A DNA stretch of 64,000 nt from Octopus sinensis (GCF_006345805.1 NC_043013.1:16368001-16432000); one strand, 5' to 3'; counted from the first letter of the stretch, positions 52,247 through 64,000 are shown. Notes: a model not told the origin generated them from the letters alone. Numbers and translations: made by a program.

Positions 52247-52780
52247 AGGTGCAGGCATGGATGTATGATAAGCAGCTTGCTTACCAACCACATGGTTCCG
52301 GGTTCAGTCCCACTGCGTGGAACCTTGGGCAATTGTCTTTTACTATAGCCTCAGGCCGACCAAACCCTTGTGAGTGGATTTGGTCGACGAAATTTAAAGG
52401 AAGCCTGTCGTATATGTGTGTGTGTGCACGGGTGTGTGTGTGTGCACGGGTGTGTGTATGTGCACGGGTGTGTGTGCACGGGTGTGTATGTGTGCACGGG
52501 TGTGTGTGTGTGCACGGGTGTGAGTGTGAGTTTGAGTGTGTGTGTTGGTGTGTGTAGGGGGCGTACATACGTATGTGTATTTCTGCCTGTGTTTGTCCTC
52601 TACCACCAATTAATACCCGATGCTTGTGTTTTACGTCCTCGTAAACTAGTAATTCGGCAAGAGATCGATAGAATAATTACCAAGCTTTAAAAAATAAATA
52701 CTAGGATCGATTCTCTCGACTAAATAATTTTCCAAGACGGTCCCCCAGCATGGCCGCAGTCTAATGACTGAAACAAGTGA
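52247..52780 (+). mobile_element. Diverged SINE family B
   Basis: Head cttgcttaccaaccacatggttccgggttcagtcccactgcgtgg; tail gcatggccgcagtc.aatgactgaaacaagt. Confidence 0.8.
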
Positions 52781-52994
52781 AATATAAAAAATATTTATTT
52801 TAACCATTCTTCTTTAAACTTTCAATGTCAGGCAAATGTTTCTGTTCCTTCTCCAAGAAACCAAGTTATACCATATTTTAGTCGAGGAGGGTCGGTGGGC
52901 TGGTTCATTTTTGGATGCGCCCAACGGTATTCTTTTTTCTAAATATGGAATCATTTGCGCCATGATTTTTGTCAAATATATACATTGGTACATA

Positions 52995-53538
52995 TTGGGT
53001 TGAGGAATGATTCATGAGCGTTTTTCTTTTTTTTTCAAATTTATTGGGTGAAGGTGGTTCACTAGTCTTTTGGGGTTTTTTATCACAATCCATCTGCTCC
53101 GCCGATTCTCTGGTTGTTTGATGTGGATTTTCGTGAAGAAGTTGATTCAATCGCTCTTCATCGAACTCAATTGGTATACCAGTGTGTGATCCGCCCTCGC
53201 GGTCAAAATTCCCATTTTTGAAGCGCGAAAACCAACGGTGAGCGGTACTTTGAGGCACTGCTCTTCCCTATACAGCACAAATCTCATGAATAGCTTCGGC
53301 GGCCTTAACACCTCGATCAAATGCAAAAAAAAACAAATGCTGTCGAAAATGTTCAGTTTTGTCCAATTATCTGAAAATACACAAAAATCAATAAAATCAA
53401 ATAAATCAGAACACACTATCTTGTAGAGCAAAAAATTATCTTTTAAATCACGTAAAACATTTTGCCAATGCGTTTTATTTCTGCGTGGATTTTTAAATTT
53501 GAAAACAAAAAACGCTCATGAATTATTCCTCAACCCAT
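52995..53538 (-). mobile_element. Internally deleted mariner element with both TIRs and TA TSD
   Basis: TIR ttgggttgaggaat.attcatgagcgtttt at both ends; HTH fragment STAHRWFSRFKNGNFD..G.P.EFDEERL..LL.ENP.QTTRE.A. Confidence 0.85.
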
Positions 53539-53914
53539 TAACAAAATGGGTTGTATAGTACACATACTTGTATATTGTGAAATGAGAAGTTAAATTTATG
53601 CATTTGTATCCAGTGGAATATGTGGAGGTGAGTGGCTTAGTGGTTAGGGTACTTTACCCATGATCTCACGATTTTGGTTTTGATTCCTAGACCAGGCGAT
53701 GCATGGTGTTCTTGAGCAAAATACTTCATTTCACTTTCTTCCAGTCGGTTCAACGGGCAAAAATGAACAACCCTCCGACGGACTGACTCTGTTCAAGGCA
53801 GGAATATATGCGCCACAGAATCCGGGATACCGGCTTTATGAGCCCATGGCTCGGAAAGAACGTTTGATCCTTTGATATAATGAAATGTGTTTTTGAATAT
53901 AAGCTCTTGATATA

Positions 53915-54304
53915 ATCTTTTCTACTATAGGCACAAGGCCTGAAATTGTAAAGGAGGGGGGTAATCGATTACATTGACGCCAGTGCGTAACTGGTACTTA
54001 CTTTATCGACCCCTCCCCCGAAAGGATGAGTGCAAAGTTGACCTCGACGAAATTTGAGCTCAGAACGTAGTAACGGGCGAAATACCTATTTCTTTACTAC
54101 CCACAAGGGGCTAAACAAGGACAGACAAACGGATTAAGTCGATTATATCAACCCCAATGCGTAACTGGTACTTATTTAATCAACCCCGAAAGGATGGAAG
54201 GCAAAGTCGACCTCGGCGGAATTTGAACTCAGAACGTAGCGGCAGACGAAATACCGCTAAGCATTTTGCCCGGCGCGCTAACGTTTCTGCCAGCTCGCCG
54301 CCTT
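53915..54304 (-). mobile_element. Two head-to-tail SINE family A copies
   Basis: Reverse-complement family A cores. Confidence 0.85.
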
Positions 54305-54919
54305 AAAATTAGGTATTTCTGTTTATTTAGGAACCTACAATAAACAGACGCTAAACTATAAATTTCGCAGAATACAACCTTAAAGTTGACACCGCTTCGC
54401 TAAACGCAGAAAATTTCTCTCTCTCTCTCTATTGCCTAAAAATACACAGTTGTTTCGATTCTTAAACCACTGTAACTTTTGCCTCCATTTTTTTTCTCCA
54501 CAACGGTGTGCTAACGTTTCTGCCAGCTCGCCGCCTTCTTCCCACTATCTTTTTGTTAGTTGAATGCACGCAGGTACGTTCAGCTGACATAACGCGGTGT
54601 ATATATGTGTATTTATGCGTGTGTGCGGCAGCATGGGCACATGCAAAATGAACTCCCGCGAACACATTATAACTTACAGTTATAATGTGTTAAATAATAC
54701 TGTACATTTGTATAGAATCCTGTAATTTATCGCTTCTGGCGAATCAATCAATACATACATATATACATATATTTATATATGTATAAATAGAAATATTAAT
54801 ATTTCTAAATCTCTCTAAAGGAGACTACGGCAGCGGTAATGGATATTAATAGTTATCGCCAAGCTAACATGGCAGTCCAGGAAAATAGGACGAATGCTGC
54901 CGTTGATTACATATATATA

Positions 54920-54963
<44 letters not shown>

Positions 54964-54979
54964 GTATATATATATATAT

Positions 54980-55034
<55 letters not shown>

Positions 55035-55672
55035 CATAGATAGATACATAGATAGATACATATATCTGTAAAATTTTCATCGTTGATGTTGATAGTAACT
55101 ATATTTACTCTCTCAACGATAAATGAATAATGGAGTCCTAGATATAGTACTCAAAAAGACGAGATATTCACGACTAAATCCGATCTGACTCGAAGTTATA
55201 TAGCTATGTTCAGTTTTATTATTCTGTCTTCACTAATATTCCATTTGGGATTCGATGCTTCTCGTTTTCAATAAACATGCCACCACGATTCAGAAATATA
55301 ACGGATTGGAGAACATACATTTTTGAAGATCAACATATCTGTAGTAAACTAGATGCACAACTGGAACTGCTCCATCCACAGTCACTGGAAACAGAGTTTT
55401 GAATCTAATAGAAATACTTTTTATTTCACTGAAATCGCTAAATAATATTTTAACAGGGATTTAGGAAAGGAGGGATGTGAAAAAAATAATAAAGATCTTA
55501 TGTCTATAAGTTATATGGAACACTAAAAGCCTCGCTCAAAATCTCCTAACTAGGAAGTGAAATTGAATCTCGTAACTGAAATAGAATACATCTCTTAAGT
55601 AAATGATTTCATACATTTTTTCATTGAAATCTTTCTCTTTTTCAGGTTTGAAGTAATTCTGGCCAACGCAAC

Positions 55673-56572
55673 ATGGAAGGTGATCAAATATATGACTATA
55701 TGAACGGTAGCACAACCGTCGAAATCATTTCATTTTCCTGGATGAATATAGCTTCGTCTGTTGCGGCCATTGTAATATTCCTGCTCAGTGCATTGTTAAC
55801 AACAGCTATTTTCCTAGATCGTAAAGCCTATGAAAAAACACGCGCTTTCTTATTACTGAACTATATGTTTAACTACATACTCTTTGCCTTGTTCTTTTAT
55901 TTCCACAACGTGCATATTCATATATATACAGATTTACCTCAGTCTACCTGCTTATTTATTATTATACTAACTTCCGTTACTAACGACGGTACTCTGTATT
56001 TCATACTTCCTATTTGCTGTGATTTTATTGTGAAATACTTTAAACCAAGCAAATATGAAAGTGAAAGTTTTCTATATATCCAGATCATATTAACAATTGT
56101 TTTGTGGGCTTTTATCTGGATCGAAGACCTATTACTGCTTCTAGCGGGCTCGGGATACGAAAGTGAACACTGTGCTGTTTTCTTACATTCCGTTTCCCTC
56201 TGGATCTATTCTGGCACAGTCATTTTGTATATTATTGCGATGTTGGTGTCTGTAGGTCTATTCATTTACGTCGCAGTGAAAGGTAAAGAGCGCGAGAACA
56301 TAAAATCACGATTAATAACTTTGATCATTGTCGTGACATTCATCATACTCTCTTGTATCGGAGAAATTGTTATTTCGATTGCAATTTATTCGAATATAGA
56401 AAACCCTGTTTATTATTTACCCGTTTTATTAAATATGATAAGGTTTGTAGTGGTACCATTTTTGTTGCTTTTTGATGCCACTATACAACAAAGTATTCGG
56501 AAATTATGTTCAGGAAAGTGTAAAAAATCGAGAAATCCTGAATCAGATGAATTAACTACTGAACTAAATTAA
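55673..56572 (+). CDS. Divergent class A-like GPCR 3, 299 aa, single coding exon, paralog of GPCR 2
   Basis: 7 TMs; shares DRKAY.K, LLNY..NY, NVHIHIY, DGT..FILPIC.D.IV.YFKP, PF..L.D..I.QSI with GPCR 2; acceptor ctttctctttttcag at 55645. Confidence 0.9.
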   Translation: MEGDQIYDYMNGSTTVEIISFSWMNIASSVAAIVIFLLSALLTTAIFLDRKAYEKTRAFLLLNYMFNYILFALFFYFHNVHIHIYTDLPQSTCLFIIILTSVTNDGTLYFILPICCDFIVKYFKPSKYESESFLYIQIILTIVLWAFIWIEDLLLLLAGSGYESEHCAVFLHSVSLWIYSGTVILYIIAMLVSVGLFIYVAVKGKERENIKSRLITLIIVVTFIILSCIGEIVISIAIYSNIENPVYYLPVLLNMIRFVVVPFLLLFDATIQQSIRKLCSGKCKKSRNPESDELTTELN

Positions 56573-56914
56573 TCACATAAAGCGATGTAAAAAAAAAACC
56601 TATTATATCAACTTGTATAATGCTATAAACTTAATTGTGATTTAACAGCTTAAAGACAAATTGGCTTGATACGGTTGTCATGGACAACCAGAATAGTGGC
56701 TTGTAACTTTTTAGTATCAGTGATACTTGGCACATGCGTACTTTTCAAATAATTACGCAGACTTTTTAAACTTCGTTTTCTCGTGTGGTTTCTAGACTCA
56801 GGGCTAGAAATATCACTTCTGGTGCATCTGTTTTTCGTGTAATGGAAGAGAGTAATCAAAATCATCGAAATAGATATTTCGTCTCTCTTCCAGCATCCTC
56901 ACCAAAATGTATAA

Positions 56915-57310
56915 TCTCTCTCTATATAAAGCTGAAGTTGTCTGTGTATGGCAGGTTTGGTAGCCTTCAACTAACACTATCTCCTCTGAGTCCCTGCGGC
57001 GCAGGAGGTTAAAAATAAAATGAGAGTAGATAGAAGAGGCTTGCTCTTCCTTCCGTAGAAGGAAACATTCAAATCGGACCATGTTAACACTAAAAATTAT
57101 TTACATCAAAAAGGTGCTTTTTTTTCTATGAAAATCCCTATTTTTTTACGATTTTTTTTACTGCTGTGTCGCCATTTTTCGTGTATTTCAATCAGAAAAA
57201 TGTTCACTTAAAGAGAATAAAAAGCTACATAATGCAAATCTTTTACTTTTCAAAAATTCCAATTCTAAAGGGTCGAAACAAACCCGAGCAACACCGGGCG
57301 ATACTGCTAG
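56915..57310 (+). mobile_element. Non-autonomous Helitron with a different interior
   Basis: A|TCtctctctatataaa...cccgagcaacaccgggcgatactgCTAG|T. Confidence 0.7.
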
Positions 57311-57862
57311 TTATACATAAGTTGCTAAATATGTTATTTATAAATTTAATATTTAATTATGTTGTTAATAAATATAACATTTAATTAGTATGTCGTTCAT
57401 GATTATAATATCTAATATTTCGTAATTCATCTGTATCTATGGCCAAGCCTTTTTGTGTATGTTGCATGTCTTAGATAGGAAATAATGGAACAAGAGATAA
57501 TAAACTATTACTAATTATAATTGTTTTGCTAATTATATTACTAATTATAATCGTTTTCATCGAAATGAAAAGGAAAGCGCGAAGGACGTAAGCAAAACAA
57601 TTAGATTGTTCATCAGTTAAAGAAATAGATAGATTATGTTCAGATAATATGGAGGGTTCATCTTGAGTGTTCCGCTGGTTTATCCAGTATAACAACTTTG
57701 TAACACTTTCACGTAGGCCCGCATGCACCTACAGCATAAAGCTATTGCTCAACATTACACCACACATCACATAAAAAAAAAGAAAATAGATAGGAAAATT
57801 TTAGAGGAAAATACTTTTAAAATTCCACGCTAAGTAGAATACTGATTATGAAAACCATATTC

Positions 57863-58088
57863 TATTTCTTTACTACCCACATGGGGCTAAACACTGAGGG
57901 GACAAACAAGGACGGATTAAGTCGATCATATCGACCCCAATGCGTAACTGGTACTTAAGTTATCGACCCCGAAAGGATGAAAGGCAAAGTCGACCTCGGC
58001 GGAATTTGAACTCAGAACGTAACGGCAGACGAAATACGGCTATGCATTTCGCCCAGGTGCGCTAACGTTTCTGCCAGCTCGCCGCCTT
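57863..58088 (-). mobile_element. SINE family A, long-tail subfamily, with TSD aaaccatattc
   Basis: Direct repeats at about 57852 and 58089. Confidence 0.85.
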
Positions 58089-59520
58089 AAACCATATTCG
58101 CATCGCAATACAATGCCCAAAATTAGCACGCAAACATACACATCAAAAAAATTTACACATGGCTACTGATATAAAATGAAAAAAATCTAAGGGGAAATAT
58201 TTTAACAGCGACCAACAAATAAACTTGTGATTGCCAATGTATGAAGCTAACGGTCAAAAATCTTTCCGTAAAAAAGTCTACACGAATTCAACCAGTAAGA
58301 GACATACTTTCTTTCGTCTCTATCTTGTCTTGTTTCAGTCATTAGACTGCAGTCACGTTTGGACATCGCTTCGAAAAATTGTCAAATTAATCAACTCCAG
58401 TACTTACCTTGTACACCTGGTACGTATTCTGTCGGCCTCTTTTGCAGAACCCCTAAGATACGGGAACGTAAACACACCAACACCAATTGTCAAGCGGTGA
58501 TGGGGGGAGGAACAAACACAGACACATAGTCATATAGATATATAAATATATATACACACATATAATGAGTATATATTCAAAATGAATACTCGTAAAGATG
58601 TTGCTGTTGTTGTTATTATTATTATTGAGTGAGAGAGCAGCGCATGCCATCAAAGAAGTGACATTGGGGTAAAATATACGAAGCCCAGTATACCCAACAT
58701 GACAATCCGTCTGATAAGGGAACATGCATCACAACCATATGTGCGCGACATGGTGATCTCATATCAAGATAAACAGCGCATGACCTTGCAGGTGGGGCCC
58801 AGTTAGAATTTTCTTCTCGTCGAGTAACCCATCCCGCTCAAAAGGTCCCTAAATAAGGGTTGTTTAAGGATGTTGAACGAAACACCCATGTTTCCAGACG
58901 TGAATTATTCAAACCCCAAAGAATCCCTCTCAACACTACTTCTGCTCATGGTCAGAGACGCACATATCGTCAGCCACTAAGGGACATGGTCAACTGGTTA
59001 AGGTCAAACAACTGAGAAGCAAATCTGTGGTATTAAGTAGAATATTTGCTGTAGCCCATCTTTTATACCAAGACAAAACAATGTACGTGATAACACTTCC
59101 AATCAGTTAAGATCAGAAGCCACGAGAGCCACTGATTGGTACTGCATCAGGGCATAGAGCTACTGCCTGGTGCTGCATCAGGGCATTTATTATTATTATC
59201 ATCATCATCATCATCGGCAAATCTAAATAATTGATATTAACAATAACAATAACATTAATGGTAGCAAGTGATATTAACATTAAATAGCTATACATTAAAT
59301 TCTTAATTATATGAAAGGGTACACGAAGCACCTGCTTGCTCCAAAGTAGGAGTAAAAACTCTAAACGTAACCACTAATCTCACTGAAAATATGTAACGGA
59401 CCAACAGAAATCGGGCAAACGAGTGGAACTTAACACTATCTCGGCTAAAAAGCCGTATAATAAGGTAACAGATATACCTGGATCATGATTTCGAATTCTG
59501 TTCAGCAGGTATTACTGTAC

Positions 59521-60592
59521 CTAAAACGAAAAATCTTTCTCATCTCGGATTACAACGCGGTGTGATGGATTTTTCATTTTAGTTATAGCAAAACCAGCTT
59601 CACTACTGGAAGATGAGGATGTCTGTGGCTGTGTATCTGTGTCTGTGTGTATGTTTATATTCTTATTTATATGTGTATTTTTTGGTGTGAGGTGGGTGGG
59701 AGAGTTTTCCTCGTTTCCCCCAAGAGTGGTTAATGTCTTTGGTGGTGTTTCGTTTGTTGTTGCTGGTGGTTTTGCCGGTGCTGGTGTTGGTTGTGTTCCT
59801 CGTCCCGGCGTAGGCAGCAGTGGAGGGCTTCGACCCCTTGCACACTGTGTTACTTGAGGGCAGTTAACTCGCAAATGAGTAGTTTTCCCACAAACGAAAC
59901 ACTGCGGCCTTCTGTTCTCATTCATTATGTACGACGAATGTGGTTCGGAATTCTTTTGAAGTTTTCAGGCTTGATTTGGAGAAGTATCTCCAGATCCACC
60001 TCAGACCAGTCCTCCCTAGCAGTTTTGTCACTTCTATCGGGGCGATATCTGACCCTTGCTCGATTGTGCATCCCAGAATCCACCACAGGTCAAGTCCTGG
60101 GGGAATCCTGGGAATGCGGACACGCGCTATTCTTTTTCCCAAATGGGATGGGTACATAAGGACATTGTTGGTTTTGCAAAGGGTCATTGAGTGCTTCATA
60201 GCGAGGGCTTCTGACTTAACAAGCACCGAAATAGTGCCGTATTGTCTGCCCTACGCTATGTACTCGGTATCATCCTTGATACATTTCAGTGCAGCTTCAA
60301 TATCTACCTGTTATTATTGCCGGTTTCTTTGTCTCTGCTGAGATGCATCTGAAATGAACTGTTTTTTCTTCACTGCTTCAATTGCCTCTTTGGGTATACT
60401 CTTTACTCTTTTACTTGTTTCAGTCATTTGACTGCGGCCATGCTGGAGCACCGCCTTTAGTCGAGCAAATCGACCCCGGGACTTATTCTTTGTAAGCCCA
60501 GTACTTATTCTATCGGTCTCTTTTGCCGAACCGCTAAGTGACGGGGACGTAAACACACCAGCATCGGTTGTCAAGCAATGCTAGGGGGACAA

Positions 60593-60652
<60 letters not shown>

Positions 60653-61330
60653 CATATATACGACAGGCTTCTTTAAGTTTCCGTCTACCAAATCCACTCA
60701 CAAGGCATTGGTCGGCCCGGGGCTATAGCAGAAGACACTTGCCCAAGATGCCACGCAGTGGGACTGAACCCGGAACCATGTAGTTGGTTAGCAAGCTACT
60801 TACCACACAGCTACTCCTGCGCCTGGGTATGGTCAAGTTGGCTCAGGTTTGTTCGTGTTTTATGATTATCCATACCTGCACTAATTTCTCCTCTGTATTT
60901 ACGAGGACTATGCTATAACGTTGGTCTCGTGTTGCTTGTCGCTTCAACGAACGTATTCTTGTTGGTAATATTGGTATTGTTGTTCTCATTGGTGTCGTTC
61001 TCATTTGTTACTGCTGGTATTGTTGGCGTTTTCGTTACTGCTCCTACCTTTCGTCGTGTTGCAGCTTTTTGTTGTCTCCACCGCCACCATCGCTGTTATG
61101 GCTTCTGTCAACCACTACCATCGACACTCTTGCCGTTTTTGTCCTAACTAATTTCATAAGCTTCGCGAGCTTTCACATTGCTTAGGCCGCTACTGTTGTT
61201 GTTGCTGTTGTTGTCGTCACTGAGAGTGAGTGATATAAGACGAGAGGAGTTTCTGCTGTGGGAGGGATGGTCGGAGAGATAGCTTTTCCCTCTCAGCGCT
61301 TCTATGATTGCTGATGTCAGTGATACTAGA
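59521..61330 (-). mobile_element. Decayed Tx1/L1-like ORF1 (gag-like) region interrupted by a SINE
   Basis: RRPQCFVCGKTTHLRVNCP CCHC knuckle followed by a Pro/Thr-rich tail; frame-broken upstream segments. Confidence 0.65.
60398..60823 (-). mobile_element. SINE family B with 7-bp TSD tgggtat
   Basis: TSD at 60391-60397 and 60824-60830. Confidence 0.9.
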
Positions 61331-61349
61331 GATGATGACGCCAGTACAC

Positions 61350-61557
61350 TCTTTTACTCTTTTATTCTTTTACTCTTTTACTTGTTTCAGTCATTTTGAC
61401 TGCGGCCATGCTGGAGCACCGCCTTTAGTCGAGCAAATCGACCCCGGGACTTATTCTTTGTAAGCCTAGTACTTATTCTAGTATCTTATTCTATCGGTCG
61501 CCGAACAGCTAAGTGACGGGGACGTAAACACACTAGCATCGGTTGTCAAGCAATGCT

Positions 61558-61654
<97 letters not shown>

Positions 61655-61822
61655 TTACGACAGGCTTCTTTCAGTTTCCGTCTACCAAATCCACTCACAA
61701 AGCATTGGTCGGCCCGGGGCTATAGCAGAAGACACTTGCCCAAGATGCCACGCAGTGGGACTGAACCCGGAACCATGTGGTTGGTTAGCAAGCTACTTAC
61801 CACACAGCCACTCCTGCGCCTG
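61350..61822 (-). mobile_element. SINE family B
   Basis: Near-identical to 60398-60823. Confidence 0.88.
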
Positions 61823-62064
61823 TGTTTGTACTTTTTTTAATGCAATGGATAATTAAACGAATAAATAAATACTGTACCTTGTGGGGCAGAAATAGCTCAC
61901 TGAAAACCTTTCAGCGTGTTCTTAGTGTTCTTATAAAAAAAGATAATAACATATATTTGTAGAGACAAGGTGAAAAGCACAGTTTAAAGCATAACTTATG
62001 AAGCGTTTTCGAAAGAACGTCTTACGTATCCCGCAGCGAATAATAATAATAATAATAATAAATA

Positions 62065-62100
<36 letters not shown>

Positions 62101-62297
62101 CTTTTCTACTGGATGTACAAAGTTTCAAATTTGGGGGAAGGGATTAAGTCGATTACATCGACCCCAGTGCGTAACTGGTACTTATTTAATCGACCTTAAA
62201 AAGATGAAAGGCAAAGTCGATCTCGGCGGAATTTGAATAATAATAATAATAATAATAATAAATAATAATAATAATAAATAATAATAATAATAATAAA

Positions 62298-62928
62298 ATA
62301 AATCATATTATCTCTGGCTACCCAGTCCTGGCTAAGAAGGAATATATTCACAGACACGACAGAGTTGGGACCTACATACATTGGAAGCTATGCCAACACT
62401 CTGGAATAACAACAGAAAAAAGATGGTATAGGCACACACCAGAAAAGGTCACAGAAAACGAGAAAGCAACCATACTTTGGGATATGCCAATACACACAGA
62501 TAGAAAAATTAAGGCAAATAGGCCAGAAATAGTTGTCAGAGATCATGAAGAAAAAAATGCTTTCTAATTGATGTATCAATACCAGCAGTTGACAACGTTT
62601 CTCTAAAGAAATGGAAAACTTTCAAAATACAAAGACCTGGAAATAGAGGTAACTCGAATGTGGTATCTAAAAAGCAGAACAATCCTATCATAGTAGGTGC
62701 ATTAGGTATGATAAAAAAAAATATTCAGAACAATACATAACAAAAACACCAGGACTTACAATATATATAACATACAGAAAATTGCACTACTGGGTATTGC
62801 ACACATCCTACGCAAAACACTTTCAATACAGTAACCATAAGAGCATCACAACAAACCACAGCACATACCCAAGGCACACATAGCTGCGCTTGGTAGTGAA
62901 GTGAAAGCACGCTATAAAAACAAAACTA

Positions 62929-62935
<7 letters not shown>
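62298..62935 (+). mobile_element. Dong/R4-like RLE LINE 3' fragment in (TAA)n
   Basis: Highly similar to 5055-5695. Confidence 0.88.
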
Positions 62936-63004
<69 letters not shown>

Positions 63005-63005
<1 letters not shown>

Positions 63006-64000
63006 TTCTTTATTAACCACAAAGGACAAAAACATTATGGACAAAACAGGACAAATATAATGTGGAGTTATTTGAAAGTCGTGTAAACAATGAAAAACAA
63101 TAGAATTAATTGAATATAACAACAAAATTTTCCTAAAGTAGGAGACCTCTGAGAACTGCTCGTGAAAACCCCCACAGGTTCACAACAGTCCTGACCACTG
63201 GCGTTTGTACTCTTTCCGCTTTGTCTACAGGCGCAAGCTTAGAGTAGGCTCACTCACTCGAGCCATTCTTGCAATTTTCACCCACCTTTTAACAAAATTC
63301 CTGGGGTGCAGAACATCCCTCTCCATCCTCACTTTCCTTTCAAGTGAAATTTCAAAAAGTTGAGGGCTTGGCCAAAGAGAAAAGTATCTGTCTTCAGTCT
63401 TTTCAACCTAGTCCACCACACAACCTCTTTCGCTAAGGCTACCAGGAAAAGAAAAACACCCTGCCCTTCCTCACCGTAGGAAGGCGGCGGGACTGTTCTC
63501 ACAATGAATTCAGCTGATAACCGGATTCGTCCTAACCGTGTCAGCAGGTGTTCGACATAAACCTACAAGTCAAAAATACTCGGGTACTGGACGAGAGCAT
63601 GCAGAACGGTTTCGTCGCTCTGCGTACATCTCTGGCAAGCCCGGCTGATTGCATTTCCGTGCCTGTAGAACGTCGTCGCACTTATCCGTCACTAACTCTT
63701 TGTAGAACGCCATAGTAGACTTGTCACAGATCGCATTGCCCGACTGACAGGCGCTCCTCCTCGGACTATGCTTGATCCAGGACTGCAGCTCAGTCAAAGA
63801 CACAAGCTGTGAGAAATCGCATCAGACAAACAGCAACCTACTCACCGTCTAGGAGGCGCTGGAAATGTTGCGGCCTCTGCGTATCAATAGCCACGGCATA
63901 CCCAGCCCTCAATTTAGCAGGTGTTGACAGCAATTAGAGAGCCTGACCACAAAAAGCGATATAGTTGGCGCTCCAGTTTGGTCAGATTTGAACTGGGACA
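63005..64000 (-). mobile_element. Tx1/L1-like LINE ORF2 3' part, runs off the window
   Basis: Homologous to 33480-34262 (FHL.RKVR.ER); tail ..tgtggttaataaagaaa plus (ATT)n. Confidence 0.7.

Overview
AT-rich, microsatellite-saturated eukaryotic DNA. The SINE families, TAA-targeting RLE LINEs and Penelope debris are typical of an octopus (coleoid cephalopod) genome; this is inferred from repeat content, not verified. Most ORFs in the track are microsatellite or TE artefacts. Real host genes: (1) a five-exon minus-strand gene (15172->7586, about 263 aa) that I assembled by hand from GT-AG sites and consistent reading phases, encoding a Lys-rich N-terminus, an EF-hand pair, a CxxC linker and a probable ubiquitin-like C-terminal domain; (2) three single-coding-exon, highly divergent class A (rhodopsin-like) 7TM receptors (25377-26321 minus; 48839-49786 plus; 55673-56572 plus). 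The receptors share a family signature (C3.25, an Asp at 3.37, D3.49, ICL2 KP, TM7 PFxxLxDxxIxxSI) and each has a splice acceptor just upstream of the ATG. They are the best candidate for an undescribed lineage-specific chemoreceptor or orphan-GPCR family. Other notable signals: minimal Penelope-type hammerhead ribozyme motifs, a decayed 20-aa-repeat pseudo-exon inside the EF-hand gene, a triplicated upstream non-coding block, many inverted repeats, chimeric Helitrons and a SINE subfamily sharing its 3' tail with a Tx1-like LINE. Repeat boundaries are approximate (read by eye).
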